From Haliotis rubra (Eukaryota): 64,000 nucleotides of DNA. This document shows, piece after piece, positions 10,347 through 23,958 of this stretch (its first letter is position 1; each line of letters starts with the position of its first letter). Both the position numbers and the translations under genes were made by a program. The stretch covers positions 372,001 to 436,000 of the forward strand of contig NW_025767042.1 in NCBI RefSeq assembly GCF_003918875.1. Reading direction: 5' to 3'. The notes under the pieces are model-generated. The model searched no databases and was not told where the DNA came from. It saw only the letters and a program-made list of their open reading frames with translations.

Positions 10347-13300
10347 GGAGCGTGGGTGGGGTCGGGGGTGAAGTGGAAGAGTACAGGGTTTTGTGCTATT
10401 TCTTATTTGATTGTATTTTTCTTCGTTCGTTGATTTGTTTGATATTTGTTTTTTGTATCCTCCAGAATCATTAAGAAACTCCTGTAAGTCAAATAAAAAC
10501 AATAATTAGAAAATCTGTAGACACATGAAGTGTTTACTGAGAAGTTAAATAAAAAATACAAAAATATATGTTAATAAAAACACAGAGCATCTACATTTTT
10601 AGTCGCTTTAAACTTTCATGATTTGATATTTCAATGTCCACTTTTATGAATTTCAGAGCATTGGGGCAACATTCAGACTTTCCTGCTATTTTCAGTTCCC
10701 ATTTCAATAAGGTGTGTAATATTTCAATAGGTACCGTGTAATACCCCAAATGACCCTAAACATGTCAAAAACGTTTCTATGTCCTACATGGGCCACCGTC
10801 AGAAAAGGTCTCCATTTGTTGTCAAAAGAGACAAATGAATCAAGAAGGGTGGACAAGGAGGTGATATGACGTATAACGTTGCTCATAACATCAACCACTT
10901 GTTTCTCTGGCGCATACTCGAATTTATAAAGTGATATAGTTGGATTGATGCTGACTGCGGAGCAAGAGAAGAAACAAATAATATCTCGAAACAAAAAGGG
11001 TAAAACACATTATGCATTGACTAGGTAACCGGTTAACATGGGTTCTACCAAGTTATGCTGTAAGAGGTGAGGAATTGATCGGGTGGTCAGGCAGGGAGAC
11101 TTGCTTGATGTCGTCTTATTATAATCCGACGACGTGGATCGTTCTTCACACTTGATTCTGGTCACCGCCATTTAGCTGGAACATTAGTCATACTAGTGAA
11201 GAACCGGGTTAGAATGTACCTTCAGTAACCCGTGCTTGTTGTAAGAGGCGACTAACGGGATCCGGTGGTCAGGCTTGCTGATTTGGTTGACACATGTCAC
11301 CGTATCCCAATTGCGTAGATCAATGTTGATGCTGTTGATCACTGGATTGTCTGTTACAGACTTGATTATTCACAGACCGCCACAATATACCTGAAATATT
11401 TCTGTGTGCGGCGTTAAACAACAAACAAGCATTCATACTGAATGCGGACTTAAAAACAACAAACAAATACGTCCATGTTTCTGACAATAAAAACATTAAT
11501 GGAAACGGTATAATAGTCTGTTCCCCTCACGATATACCAATATGGAGAAATGGAAGGAAGGCACTGCTGTGCCATGACGGGATTGCTTCCTGACTTGAAG
11601 GATGTAAGGCAGGGAAATGAGAGAAGCATGTATATATAGATGTCGCCCACACGTTGCGCATGCTGCAGTTTCCAGTAAACATCATACCGAGAAATCTGGA
11701 TGTATTGATATCTAATTGGCTGAGGATTTGGGACGGTTGTATGCAGTTGTTGCGACAAACGTGGGCGTGGCCCAGCGCATTGTCCTTTGATAAGTCGGCG
11801 ATGTTTCGTGAGTACACGTAAACTGTTAAGTCGCGGCATCTACCATTATCCAGTGTATTTTAATTTATATTTCTTCATATTTTCTTATTTTTATTTTTTT
11901 GTGTTATTATAAATACCCAGGGCCCGTTGCCACAATGATGCTAAAAATACCTGCTAATCAAATTACACTGATGAGCGAAAGAAATTCTGTGACTGCAATC
12001 AAATCCTTGATGTCGACTTTTTTTTTTTATTAAAAGGTCCAAAACTCTGTTCAATGAAGGGATTTTAGCAGAAAGACTCCCATACTTTAACACAGACTTA
12101 CGACCGCGTTGTGGAAAGAGGACAAGGGTATTTGTCTTAAACGTGTTAGACATATAACACATTGGATGATCATCTATGACATGACATAACGCATTGATAA
12201 AATTCACAATTATACTGAACACAAGTGAAACAAGAAAAACAGCGTCTGAGTGCGTAGTTGGGGGTCACACGTCAAAGGCTTTATCACTTTCAGGTAAAGA
12301 AACTCCACTGAGGAAACTGATTGTGTTCTTCAGAACAAAATTATTGGCATCACCGTTAAGTAAGAACAACTGTTGTCATCTATGACTTTAAGTGCCACTG
12401 TACCAAGAAGGTGGTGGTAAGTAGGACACCTTGCATGGCTCATCTCGACAGATTTAAACCAACATGTTGACTGGCACTATCTACCGTTGCTGGGTCTCTT
12501 GAAGTGTTGTTTCTTAGAACAAAATCCAAGATTTGACCAAACTACAGTAACATGAACATCAGTCAACGCACATCGGATACGATGCCATGTGTCAAGCTAG
12601 TCATTGAACCTCACCACCCAATCCCGTTAGTCGCCTTCTTAGGACAAGCATGGGTTGCTGAAGAACAATTCTAACCCGGATCTTCACGTGTACATGTCCG
12701 ATCATCTATAAAATACACGAATGTAATACTGCACGAATCCGTAGTTAAGTATTATTATACGTACACGCAGTTCAAACAGAGGATCTGGTATGGGGAGTCT
12801 GTTTTATAGTGCTCTCTTATCGCCTTCATGATCGCTACTATTTGAGTGATATGATATATCATAGCTCTTCAAATATGTGACAGAATATGTATGCTTGGGA
12901 ATGGCGTCAGCGCAACACTCCTTTAACAAAAGCTGAATATAGTAGCCATCAGGCCTCGTTACAGGATCTGATAATATATATGGTGTTGTAGTGAGTGAGT
13001 TTAGTTTTACGCGCTTTTATCAATATTCCAGCAATATCACGGCGGGGACACCAGACATGGGCTTCACATTCTACCCATGTGGGGTTCTAACCCGGGCCTT
13101 CGGTGTGACGAGCGAACGCTTTAACCACTAGGCAATCCCACCGCCCATATGGTGTTGTAACAGATAACTAACATCAAGTCTCTGAAATGATCATATTAAA
13201 CAGAAAATTAATTTATATTTTATTAAAAAAATTATTCAAATGAAATTGAAAGGGCTTTCACTTTTCTGAAACTGCAGTAATCGAGACTTGCCAAATATTA

Positions 13301-14539
13301 TACTTAATGGATTGCTTGGGATATATTTGTCTAGGTCTATGTGATATTTGTCTAGGTCTATGTGATAGATTAGGTGTTGTGTATTTGGATTTTGTTAACA
13401 GATGAATCTCCAAGATTACCAAACGGAGATAACGAAACAATGCGTTACTCACTACAGTCAGTTTGAACACAACATATACTCTCCTCTCCATCCTTGTAAA
13501 CCCACCAATCCAATGCAATGACATGATCGAACACTTTCTACAAACATACACACCCTCCCTCCTCTTCGCGGACCCCCCTCCCCCTTCCCCTTGGGGTCCT
13601 GCTATAGACTGATACACACATCTCCGGAAACAGATGTGCGGTGCTGGTCAAAGGTCACAAGCTCTGTGGGACTTTCATATTCCCTGTGTTATTGAGTATC
13701 CCGGTGTAAATTTAGAAAACTGTCTTTGTGCTGTGTTTGTTCAAATATACAATGCCAGAAGGATAACTACGCATATCAGATTCATGTCAGTTTCTGCATG
13801 ACCCCTGCTCATTGTAAAATATACTGAACAAAATAATTTACGGATCGTGAACCTATTGGGGTATTCTTGTGTTGAAGAATGAGTACACAATTTCATAAAG
13901 ATGTCTCCCAAAATATTCTTGATGCATATCTTTTTCTGTTCAGTATATGCGATGTTGCGAGATATCATGCACACATGGTTATGATATATATTTGTTTGTT
14001 TGATTGTTTGTTTGTTTGGGTTGCTAAAGGCCAATTCTAACGTTAAGAATTTGTAATCTTTTTCATTAAACATTTAAATGAACAAAAGCATGCATGTTTC
14101 ACATTTCACATAAACAGAGGAGAAAACGAAACTATACATTTAGTTGATTTTATCGTGTGTTTGATTTATACTTGAAAAAATGTTAGCGATATTATACATG
14201 CGCTTAGTCAACCCCAAAAGAATATTTCTACATGGGTTTTTTAAAAATAATTTCATCTGATCTTATTTTTTATAATCAATTTATTTCGGGATTTTTGCCA
14301 CAATAGAACAAAATGTCAAACATGATAGACATAATGTTGTTGCAAATTCATTTCAAACCCCAGTCTTGATTGCACCAACATATCTTTATACGAAAAGCAT
14401 TGGTGAATATCTGGACATCCAATTAATAGCCTGCAGCTATGTTTCGGTATGCTTGATAAGTTGTTAAATATGTTGCCGTACAGCTAACTGTAACATTAAA
14501 TGTAATTCAAGATTATCACACCACTTCTGAGAAGTAAGC

Positions 14540-14775
14540 AGAAAGGTTCAGAGTACAAATGAAAAGCCCGCGGGAAGGTCCCAAGAAGATGAAAAGCCTG
14601 CAGGAAGGTCCCGAGAACACGTGAAAAGCCTGCAGAAAGGTTCAGAGAACACATGAAAAACCTGCCGGAACGTTCAGAGAACACATGAAAAACCTGCTGA
14701 AACGTTTAAGGAACAAACGAGAAGTCTGCAGTGGGGTTCTGATAATACATAAAAAGCCTGCGGGAGGTCACATGA
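14540..14775. repeat. Degenerate ~32-bp tandem repeat
   Basis: tgaaaagcctgcaggaaggttcagagaacaca variants. Confidence 0.75.
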
Positions 14776-15036
14776 AAACATTTTACACATAATTATATAA
14801 ATATGTTAAACTGACTTCAAGATGGCGTATACAGGTGTTAAAATGTTTGACAATTATTTCATGACATGTCTCTTGTCATTCCCAACAAGCTTTATATATC
14901 TTGACATGTATTTATAATAAGTCTCCGTGATTAACGAATAATGTCCATCCGCCAGTGTTTCACATCTAAATAAATTTTGGAACCAATTTGTTGCGAATTG
15001 TATTTTGTACAGAATCTCTCTTCGACAGGAATGTTT

Positions 15037-15570
15037 AACCAGAGATGACACAACTTGATGGATGATCAACATTTTTATTTTAACAATAGCGACGTATCGG
15101 TATAGATTCTTATACCGTTTTCAAGCATATGGGGGAATGATGGGGTACACCAGTTTATATACAAGATAAGATCTTATCTTGTATATGTATATTTCAAGCA
15201 TATGGGGGAATGATGGGGTACACCAGTTTATATACAAGATAAGATCTTATCTTGTATATGTATATTTCAAGCATATGGGGGAATGATGGGGTACACCAGT
15301 TTATATACAAGGTAAGATCTTATATACAAGATAAGATCTTATCTTGTATATGTATATTTCAAGCATATGGGAATGATGGGGTACACCAGTTTATATACAA
15401 GATAAGATCTTATCTTGTATATATACTGGTGTACCCCATCATTCCCCCATATGCTTGAAAACGGTATAACAATCTATACCGATACGTCGCTATTGTTAAA
15501 ATAAAACTGTTGATCATCCATAAAGTTGTGTCATCTCTATACCAGCAACTTCTAAAATGCCACTCAAACA
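15037..15570. mobile_element. Penelope-like palindrome with internal ~69-bp tandem amplification
   Basis: Arms 15037-15160 and 15425-15540 are reverse complements; the apex tatacaagataagatcttatcttgtata is repeated; same tail motifs as the 6843 and 29216 copies. Confidence 0.7.
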
Positions 15571-15699
15571 AATCAATGTTTAACCAATTGGTAACTTATG
15601 ACTGTTTGTTCTCAACTAAAGTAAATGTTTATTAATGTTGTATGAGAGTAATAAATATCTTTTTATATGAAAATATAGGAAAAATAGAAACCTTTAGAA

Positions 15700-16790
15700 C
15701 AATATCTGATATCACTTTTGCAGAAACTGATCCTTTTTAGAATTAGAACCACTTGCAGCTATTCATTCTTTCAAGAAAAGATGTGGATATTGAAAAGCAT
15801 GTGGGATAGCACAAGTTCTTAAAATATCTTCGATGTGATTTAACCAATGACTATATACAACTGAGCCTAAAACAGGGAGTTCTGTTGTAAGGGTGAGCAC
15901 CAGTATCCACTAGCAAGTTTGTCTGTTTGTATAGGTAACGGTTCTCTCCCATTTTCCATATAGACCATATAGTTGGGTGTTGACATTCTCAGACCTGCTG
16001 CAAGCTTTAGAGATTTTAGATGTACACGATCAATTATATTGTTGTTTCCAAAACGACAGATTGACAATGCTGGAAGAACTAGTTTATCAAATGCCGAAAT
16101 AAGACAGTTCAAGTGTCAATGTGAACTTCTCGTTTTAACAAGGACATACAGGCTTTGGTACCCAGTCTGCTGCATCTTTGATAGCAGTGATCGTTATTCT
16201 GTCTCCGTAAAATGTTATTCAGAGGTTATCATACGTATCAACATTCACCTCAAGTTATTCAGGAATTAAAGCAAAACCATTCGTGTTTCTCAGTTTAAGC
16301 AAAACGTACAGTGTCTTCAGCATGTACCAGCACTCAAAGTTTAAGGTAGATAAATGCACATTTGATCAATTTGTAAACTCCAACCGACTATTTAATCCAG
16401 ACAAATGTGATAGGAAAAGTACTGCCTGGAGTTCTGCCACAATGATTACAAATTGAGAAAATCTTCTAGACCATAAGGATAGAATGGGAAAAGAAGAGGG
16501 GAGAGATCCTCTCCTTGACGAACCCCCGACAGCAATTTAACCAAACTATATTGCATCTTATTTATCATTAGACACGATTTATGACCACTATACATATTTC
16601 AAATATGATGAAATATTTCACCTTTCCCTCCGCAACGGAAACGTTTTATCTGGAACCCAAGCCTTGGAAAGGTCGTTGAAAGCAAAGTGTAATTTCTTGT
16701 GTCTATATTTGAACAAATGACTATGACGATTCATAATAAAAACTTTATGTGATGTGGAAAATCCGACTGACTCCGAATGAGAAATCATTT
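15700..16790 (-). pseudogene. Decayed non-LTR retrotransposon ORF2 (RT and downstream region, RTE-X/L2-group-like)
   Basis: GFSTSHKVFI...KKLHFAFNDLSKAW resembles RT motif GF...HIF...FVDF.KAFD; AFDKLVLPAL...IDRVHLKSLKLAAGLRMSTPNYMVYMENGREPL is the typical post-RT block. Many stops. Confidence 0.7.
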
Positions 16791-16943
16791 CACTGAATCT
16801 AGTTAGTCGTTCCGTAAGAATGGGCATGGTATCTCAGTGGGCTAGCATGGTATCTCAGTATGGTAAAAGTGGGCAGGTATCTCAGTCTAGCACTATAAAA
16901 CCAAGTCTGGGCCGTACAAGCAGCCGCACACTTACACACATAT

Positions 16944-17782
16944 GGGTGTCCTCCCATTTGTGAGAACTCCCAGTTGTGAGACACATTAATTAATGGTTCA
17001 GTGCACATAGGTGGTGTTACCACATCCCTACAATGAAAGTGGGATCAGCCCAGTTGTTGAAGAGTACCCACAGGAGGCATAGTTCATTGATGAGTTGATT
17101 AATGAAATAGATTATCAAAGATTATATTTACACAGAAGAAATAGTTCATTAAATATTTTATTTATTCAGAAGAATATGTAATTATGATAACACATTTTTA
17201 TTGACTATCATGAAGTTTGAAAGTCATTTTGGTTTAAACATATTTTATTATTTATGAAAATGAATTGGGATTGGTGAACAAGCATTACTGCTTATGTTAA
17301 CACCGCTCCCATGCAACATAAAATACAAAATGAAATGGAGGATGTGAGGTCATCGATATTGACTTTTGCATAAATATATTTTTAAGTACATATAAATATA
17401 TACAGATTACATCAAATACAACTGTTCTCTAAGTAGTCATAATTAGAGACTTACAGTTGTGTGTGTCTAACAAGCTGTAGTTTCGGAGACGGAGTAAATC
17501 TGAGTAGGTAAATCAATTAATCTTTCAAATGATCACGAAGTTACCTACACAAAGTCTTTAATTTTAAAGACATTTACCTGAGTATGTTAATCAATTTATC
17601 TTATAAAGTTTCATTTAGTTACCTCCACAAGATTCATTTACATCGCAAATCAGTAATTAGCTAGGGTTAATCCATTCTATCAGACAGGGGAGTATGGTGT
17701 GTTTTCTTTGTTAATTACCTAGTCCACTGTCTCATAACTGGGAGTCTCACAATTGGGAGTTCTCACAAATGGGAGTAGACCC
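16944..17782. mobile_element. ~840-bp TIR element next to a truncated family C SINE (16822-16940)
   Basis: gggtgtcctcccatttgtgagaactcccagttgtgagac is inverted as gtctcacaattgggagttctcacaaatgggagtagaccc. Confidence 0.7.
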
Positions 17783-18569
17783 GAAGTTCTTAAAGTCCAT
17801 AGGTATATTAACTCTCAAATCTATTGTTCCCACGTACAAACGAATCGGAACAATCAGACAATCAAATAACAAGAATATTGAAGTAAAAGATAGTTTCCAG
17901 TTGTAGTAAGAAATTCCAATTTACGTGGTTTTGGCATAATTCAGAAACAGATTTACTTAACCTAGCAAGTGAAGATAAATGTTAGATATATATAGTAATC
18001 AAATGTGTTCTTTGTAGTACCACATTTATGCAGTTAATAAAATTACCCCAATTCTAAAAACCACAATATGATTTTTAAAGCCATTCCCTACTTATCTACA
18101 CTATAATCTCTTGACATATTTAAGATCAATGAGAAATCAATAAAATCTTCATAGTTTTCTTTTCACATTTTATTGGATATATTTAGTAATTGCACATGAT
18201 CAGTAGTTGAATAAACTTGGCGTTAAGATGCTTGATTATCTGAAACTCAAATTTTACTCATAACGCCCGCCTATTTTGGCATTACATACGTAGGTATAAA
18301 TCTCTCCAAGAGAACGTAGTAAAGAAATTCTCCTGTAATTTTCAGGATTATCCATATTGCCTTTCTAAGCAGCGGGATCTGATCATTGCCGTACGGACTG
18401 AAGAACTGTTCATGGATTGTATTTGAACTTACATAATTTGTTTCGCAACTTTAAGTTGCCCATGTTTTTGGTGGGTATTGGTTTACAACACGCCCTGGAA
18501 CTGTTCAGTGACTGTGTGAATTGTGCACGTGAGCACATACCGCTTCGAGGATACAACATTCGTTTGCAG

Positions 18570-18965
18570 GAAAAGAGGTAGCACTTCTGGGAGAAACGTC
18601 ATAAGAACAAGAACTGGTAGTACTTCTAGGGGGAGCGTCACAAGAATAAAAATAGGTACCACTTCTAGGGGAGCGTCACAAGAACAAGAACAGGTAGTAC
18701 TTGGGGGGGAACAAGAGAACAAGAACAGGTAGTACTTGGGGCATGGGGCGTCGCAAGAACATGTACTTCTGGGGAGCGTCACAGAAGATGTAGTACCTCT
18801 GGGGAGGAGTCAACAAGAACAGGTAGTACTTCTGGGGGTCATAAGAACAAGAACAGGTAGTATTCCTGGGGGAGCGTCACAAGAACAAAAACAGGTACCA
18901 CTTCTGGGAGGAGCGTCACAAGAACAAGTACAGGTAGCACTTATGGGATGAGTGTCTCAAGAACT
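18570..18965. repeat. Degenerate ~40-bp minisatellite
   Basis: ggggagcgtcacaagaacaagaacaggtagtacttct variants. Confidence 0.85.
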
Positions 18966-20858
18966 AGTAACGCGCCTGGAAATTAGGATGGTTTGGAGAA
19001 TAAGTGGGACCTGTGGATAAGTCACACGGCGCAGGGGAGCCATGAAGACAAGGCCCTTGGATAAGTGTAGGGTCAGCGGGAGAAGTCATGAGAAAAAAGG
19101 ACACGCCCAGGGGGATCAATTAAACAACGCTTGGAGAAATTCATGTCAAGTGACCAATCTCTCAGGGTATGAGAGCAAGTGACACAAGTAACAGTGAAAC
19201 AATCTCTTCACTTACGAAGCCTAATAAACAGTCCCGCATTTGTCCTCTTCTTCAACTGGTTACGGTGGGATAGCCTAATGGTTAAGCGTTCGCTCGTCAC
19301 GCCGAGGATCCAGGTTCGATTCCTCTCATGGATACAATGGGTGTGAAGCCTATTTCTGGTGTCCCCCGTCGTGATATTGCTGGAATATTGGGGCGCAAAA
19401 CTAAACTCACTCACTCACTCAACTAAGTACGTATGAAGACAAAACGTCGTACGTACAATGGACACTTGAGTTACGAAAAGCGGCGCGGCGACATTGCAGT
19501 CTCTTGTCAAACAGGGAGGTCGTGATACAACTGTGTCACTCTCAGTGAATAAAGCCTATTGTTTTAACAGCTCATAGTTTCACTTTGGAAACATTCTCCG
19601 GTGTTGGAACATTTTCAGAAGAGGAACTTTATCAAAGTCAAGTAAAAGGGATAATATGATAACCATATTACTATTCATTTTGTTTTTCTTGTTGTTTAAC
19701 GTAGAACTTGGAATATTCCAGCTATATGACGGCTGTCTGTACGAACAATCACCCATGGTTGACGTCATCAGCACCAATCTATGACGTTGGTAAACGATGA
19801 CATGCATTGATAAAGCAGGAAGCCTGACCACCCGATCTCAAGGCAAGCATGGATCTGAAGATCTAACCAATTCCAAACTGGATCTTCGCGGGTCAACAAT
19901 ATTCAAATGTTTGGGACATGAATGCTTCGTCTCGTGAAGCACCACTATAAACTGTGCAGATTTGCGTCTAGGTAACCAGATGTGATTGTGGGTTCGAGTC
20001 ACAGATTTGCACTTATTAATATTCTTGGTTGCTTAGCACTGTCTGTACTTGTAGGCTTCTTCAAAATAGTAACAGGCTGAAATACGCTGCACCCCGAGGT
20101 AACCTGATACGAGGTAACTTGATATTAAATACACTAAACACGGTTTGATGGCTATTCACTATTTAAAAAAGAACGTGCATAGAAATGTACTTCATGGTTG
20201 TCAGTTATCCGAGCACTGTATGAGTGAGTGGACGATTGTGATTGAACGTTGTTTTGACAGTATTTAAGTTAACCATGGAGTTAATTGATGCGAGGCCAGA
20301 CATTTTCAATGCTAAAGGGTCAATGGGGTAGCCTGGTGGCTAAAGCGTTCGTCGTCACGCCGAGGATCCAGGTTCGATTCCCAACTTGTGTCCACGCCAT
20401 GATATTGCTGACTGACTGACTGAGTTTGGTTTTACGCCGCTTTTAGCAATATTCCAGCAATATAACGGCGGGGGACACCAGAAATGGGCTTCACTCATTG
20501 TACTCATGTGGGGATTCGAACCTGGGTCTTCGGCGTGACGAGCAAACCCTTTAACCACTAGACTACCCCACCGCCCCTGATATTGCTGAAATATTGCTAT
20601 AGGCGGCGTAAAACCATACTCATTCATTCAAAAAAAAAAAACACTCACAATCCCGCAATGACTGAACATGTCAATATTTTTGTAGGGTTCAGATGATATC
20701 CGTGATGTCTCAGACGTCTTTCCTCCTGATGCTGATATCCTGGTAGAATCAAGCCTTCCCGATATACTAGTAAAGTCAGCGTTAATACTACATAGTCATC
20801 TCTGTTTATTAGGCTTGACTTCATGTGTAAAAACTGCACGTCATGCCCTTCCTCACAA

Positions 20859-21213
20859 GACCGCCTCCGTGGTGTAGTGGTTAGAGCGTCCGCCCGGAGA
20901 GCGGAAGGTCGCGGGTACGATCTCCGACCGCGTCATACCAAAAGACGTTAAAATATGGTACTTGTTGATCCCTGCCTGGCGCTCGGCATTAATGGGTACA
21001 ACAAGGACTGGTCGGCTTGGAGTCAGTATAATGTGTCTGAGTGGGGTATTCATGCTTCACTGCGGCATGGTATCTCAGTGGGCTAGCACTATAAAACCAG
21101 CTTCAGTCTGGGCTAGTACAAGCAGCCGCACATACACATACACACGCATGCACGTCGTCATATGAGCGAAATATTCTCAAGCACGACGTTAAACCCAATT
21201 TCACCTCACCTCA
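20859..21213 (+). mobile_element. Family C SINE, full length
   Basis: Perfect 13-bp TSD cccttcctcacaa. Confidence 0.9.
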
Positions 21214-21265
21214 CCCTTCCTCACAACCAAAGACATCGAAACCGGATTTGTTAGGCGAAGCAATA

Positions 21266-21514
21266 GGTTGGTTGGTTGGTTGGTTGTTTAACGCCGCTCT
21301 AAGCAATATTCCCGCAATATGGCGGCGGTCTGTAAATAATCCAGTCTGGACCAGACAATCCAGTGATCAACAGCATGAGCATCGATCTACACAATTAGGA
21401 TACGATGACATGTGTCAACCAAGTCAGCGAGCCTGACAACCCGATCCCGTTAGTCGCCTCTTACGACAAGCATGGGTGACTGAAGATCAATTCTAATCCG
21501 GATCTTCACGGGTC
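21266..21514 (-). mobile_element. Family B retroposon, full length
   Basis: TSD cgaagcaata. Confidence 0.88.
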
Positions 21515-22559
21515 CGAAGCAATAAGAGTGAGTGCTTGAGTTTAAATTTAACATCACCTCGGCAATACTTCAACCATGTAGTGACGAGATAAGTTTTGCA
21601 TACATAATAAATACAAGTTGTGAAAAATCCAGTCACCAAAGGACTGTAAAATAACTAGAGGATCACAAATGGGGTGAAGCAGGGGGACGCGTTGACAAAT
21701 GGTGAGGTTAAACTGGGAGTGAGTGAGTGAGTTTAGTTTTACGCCGCACTCAGCAATTTTCCAGCTATATGGCGGCGGTCTGTAAATAATCGAGTCTGGA
21801 CCAGACAGTCCAGTGATCAACAGCATGAGCATCGATCTGCGCAATTGGGAACCGATGACATGTGTCAACCAAGTCAGCGAGCCTGACCATCCGATCCCGT
21901 TAGTCGCCTCTTACGACAAGCCTTTTGTGGCAAGCATGGGTTACTGAAGACCTATTCTACCCCGGATGTTCACGGATCGAGGTTAAAGAGGGAGCGATTG
22001 AGTGTAGTTTTACGCCACTGCAATATTCCAGCAACGATACGGCTGGGGACACCAGATATGGGCTTCATTCAGTGTAGCTTCGTAGGGAATCGAATCCGAT
22101 TGTTCTCATGACAGACGTGTGAATAACTCTCGTGAACCTGGTTACAGATGTGTAAGCAACGTTTTGTTGATCGGACAACCAATGATGAGAATTATGCATC
22201 TTGTATCCAATGAATACATTATTATAAGAGGTAATGTCTGTGTCCCACTTAATAAACTGCAGACACACAATACTGATGCTCCAGACAGAGAACAGACTTC
22301 ACCTGCATGAGTGAGTGAGTGAGTTTGGTTTTACGCCGCTTTTAGCAATATTCCAGCAATATCACGGCGGGGACATCATGGGCTTCACACATTGTACACA
22401 TGTGGGGAATCGAACCCGGGTCTTCGGCGTGACGAGCGAACGCCTTAACCACTAGGCTACCCCACCACCCCTCACCTGCATGAACGGTTCTATACGTCAA
22501 TGCCGTTTTTCCTCTATTTGACGCAGGCTCATGCGCGAATCCAATACCCACCATGATTA

Positions 22560-22790
22560 TCGGGGGCGGATACAGCTTTTTGAGAAAGGGGTGGGGGTGG
22601 GGTGCACACACTATTGAGTAAAGGAGGGTAGCACGCTTCATTTTTACCAGAGTTTCAATGGTCATTTAACAAACTTTCAGCACAAAAGGGGGGGGTGCGC
22701 ACCCCTGCACGCGCGCGCACGCACGCACGCACGCACACACGCACACACACACACACACACACACACCTACACACCTCTGGACCCGCCTAT
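22560..22790. mobile_element. hAT-like MITE (GGGGCGGAT...ATCCGCC ends); second copy at 54185-54296
   Basis: ggggcggatacagctttttgagaaagggg shared with 54221-54250; ctggacccgcc/ctggatccgcc ends. Confidence 0.55.
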
Positions 22791-23614
22791 GATTATGATT
22801 CATAATTTGCAAGCATCACGATCATTGATGCTGTTGGTTTTCAAAATGCGTGTGACATTGCGGATAACGCCGGTCACTGGGTTCGATTATTTACTAGGGC
22901 ACATACCCGGAATTCTGCTAAGACCGACTTTAACAACAAACACACAGAACAAACAATGCATCAACCACATCATGGAAGACATCAGACGTATTGCCGCCAT
23001 GGCGATGGTCTCACTGACTGCATCCGGCACAGCACTCAGAACTTCCCTCACGGACTTCCGAACGCAGGAAACATTTGTAACCACGATAGAAGGTATGCAC
23101 GTACCAGGGATTTTACGAACGTTTCTGTCAATCTTGTCACGAAATAGTCCAGGGTGCTTCGGATCTCACGTAACGTTCATGCTGAACAGCACGGGCCAGG
23201 TCAGTGATGGTGCAGTATTTGATGAAACACACACTACCTAAAACACCATATACTATTACATCCTGTCATGCAACATCATATACTATCAATCCTGTCACCA
23301 TATACATCATACCCTATAATTCATGACTACAAAAAGTTTTAGACCTTTGCAAATGTTGAGTAGTATAAACAGTCACACATACACCTGCATTCAAACTTAA
23401 ACCCTTTTTCTTCTTTGGCCAGCAGGTTGAAGTGTGTACAAAATCTCTTTGACAAAATGAGATTTGCATTGCCTCCTATTTTGAAGGCAACAGCGAGAAC
23501 TCAGTGTTAAAGTGCAGCAAACTGACATGGCAAGGATGTCATGTATGCCCCAAACACCCTCTTATTAGCTCCCATATAGACTTTCACTGATACAGGCGCT
23601 TAATGTGTAAAGTG

Positions 23615-23958
23615 AGGTGAGGTGAAATTGGGTTTTACGTCGTGCTTGAGAATATTTCGCTCATATAACGACCGTGTATGTGCGGCTGCTTGTACTAGCC
23701 CAGACTTAAGCTGGTTTTATAGTGCTAGCCCACTGAGATACCATGCTGCAGTGAAGCATTAATACCCCACTCAGACACATTATACTGACTCCGAGCCGAC
23801 CAGTCCTTGTTGTACCCATTAATGCTGAGTGCCAGGCAGGGACCAACAAGTACCATATTTTAACGTCTTTCTCTTTCGGTATGACGCGGTCGGGGATCGA
23901 ACCCACGACCTTCCGCTCTCCGGGCGGACGCTCTAACCACTACACCACGGAGGCGGTC
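23615..23958 (-). mobile_element. Family C SINE, full length
   Basis: TSD atgtg(t/a)aaagtg. Confidence 0.88.

Noticed and set aside
18483-18951. Low-complexity ORFs (GASQEQEQV repeats)
   Set aside because: Derived from a degenerate minisatellite with frame-inconsistent unit lengths.
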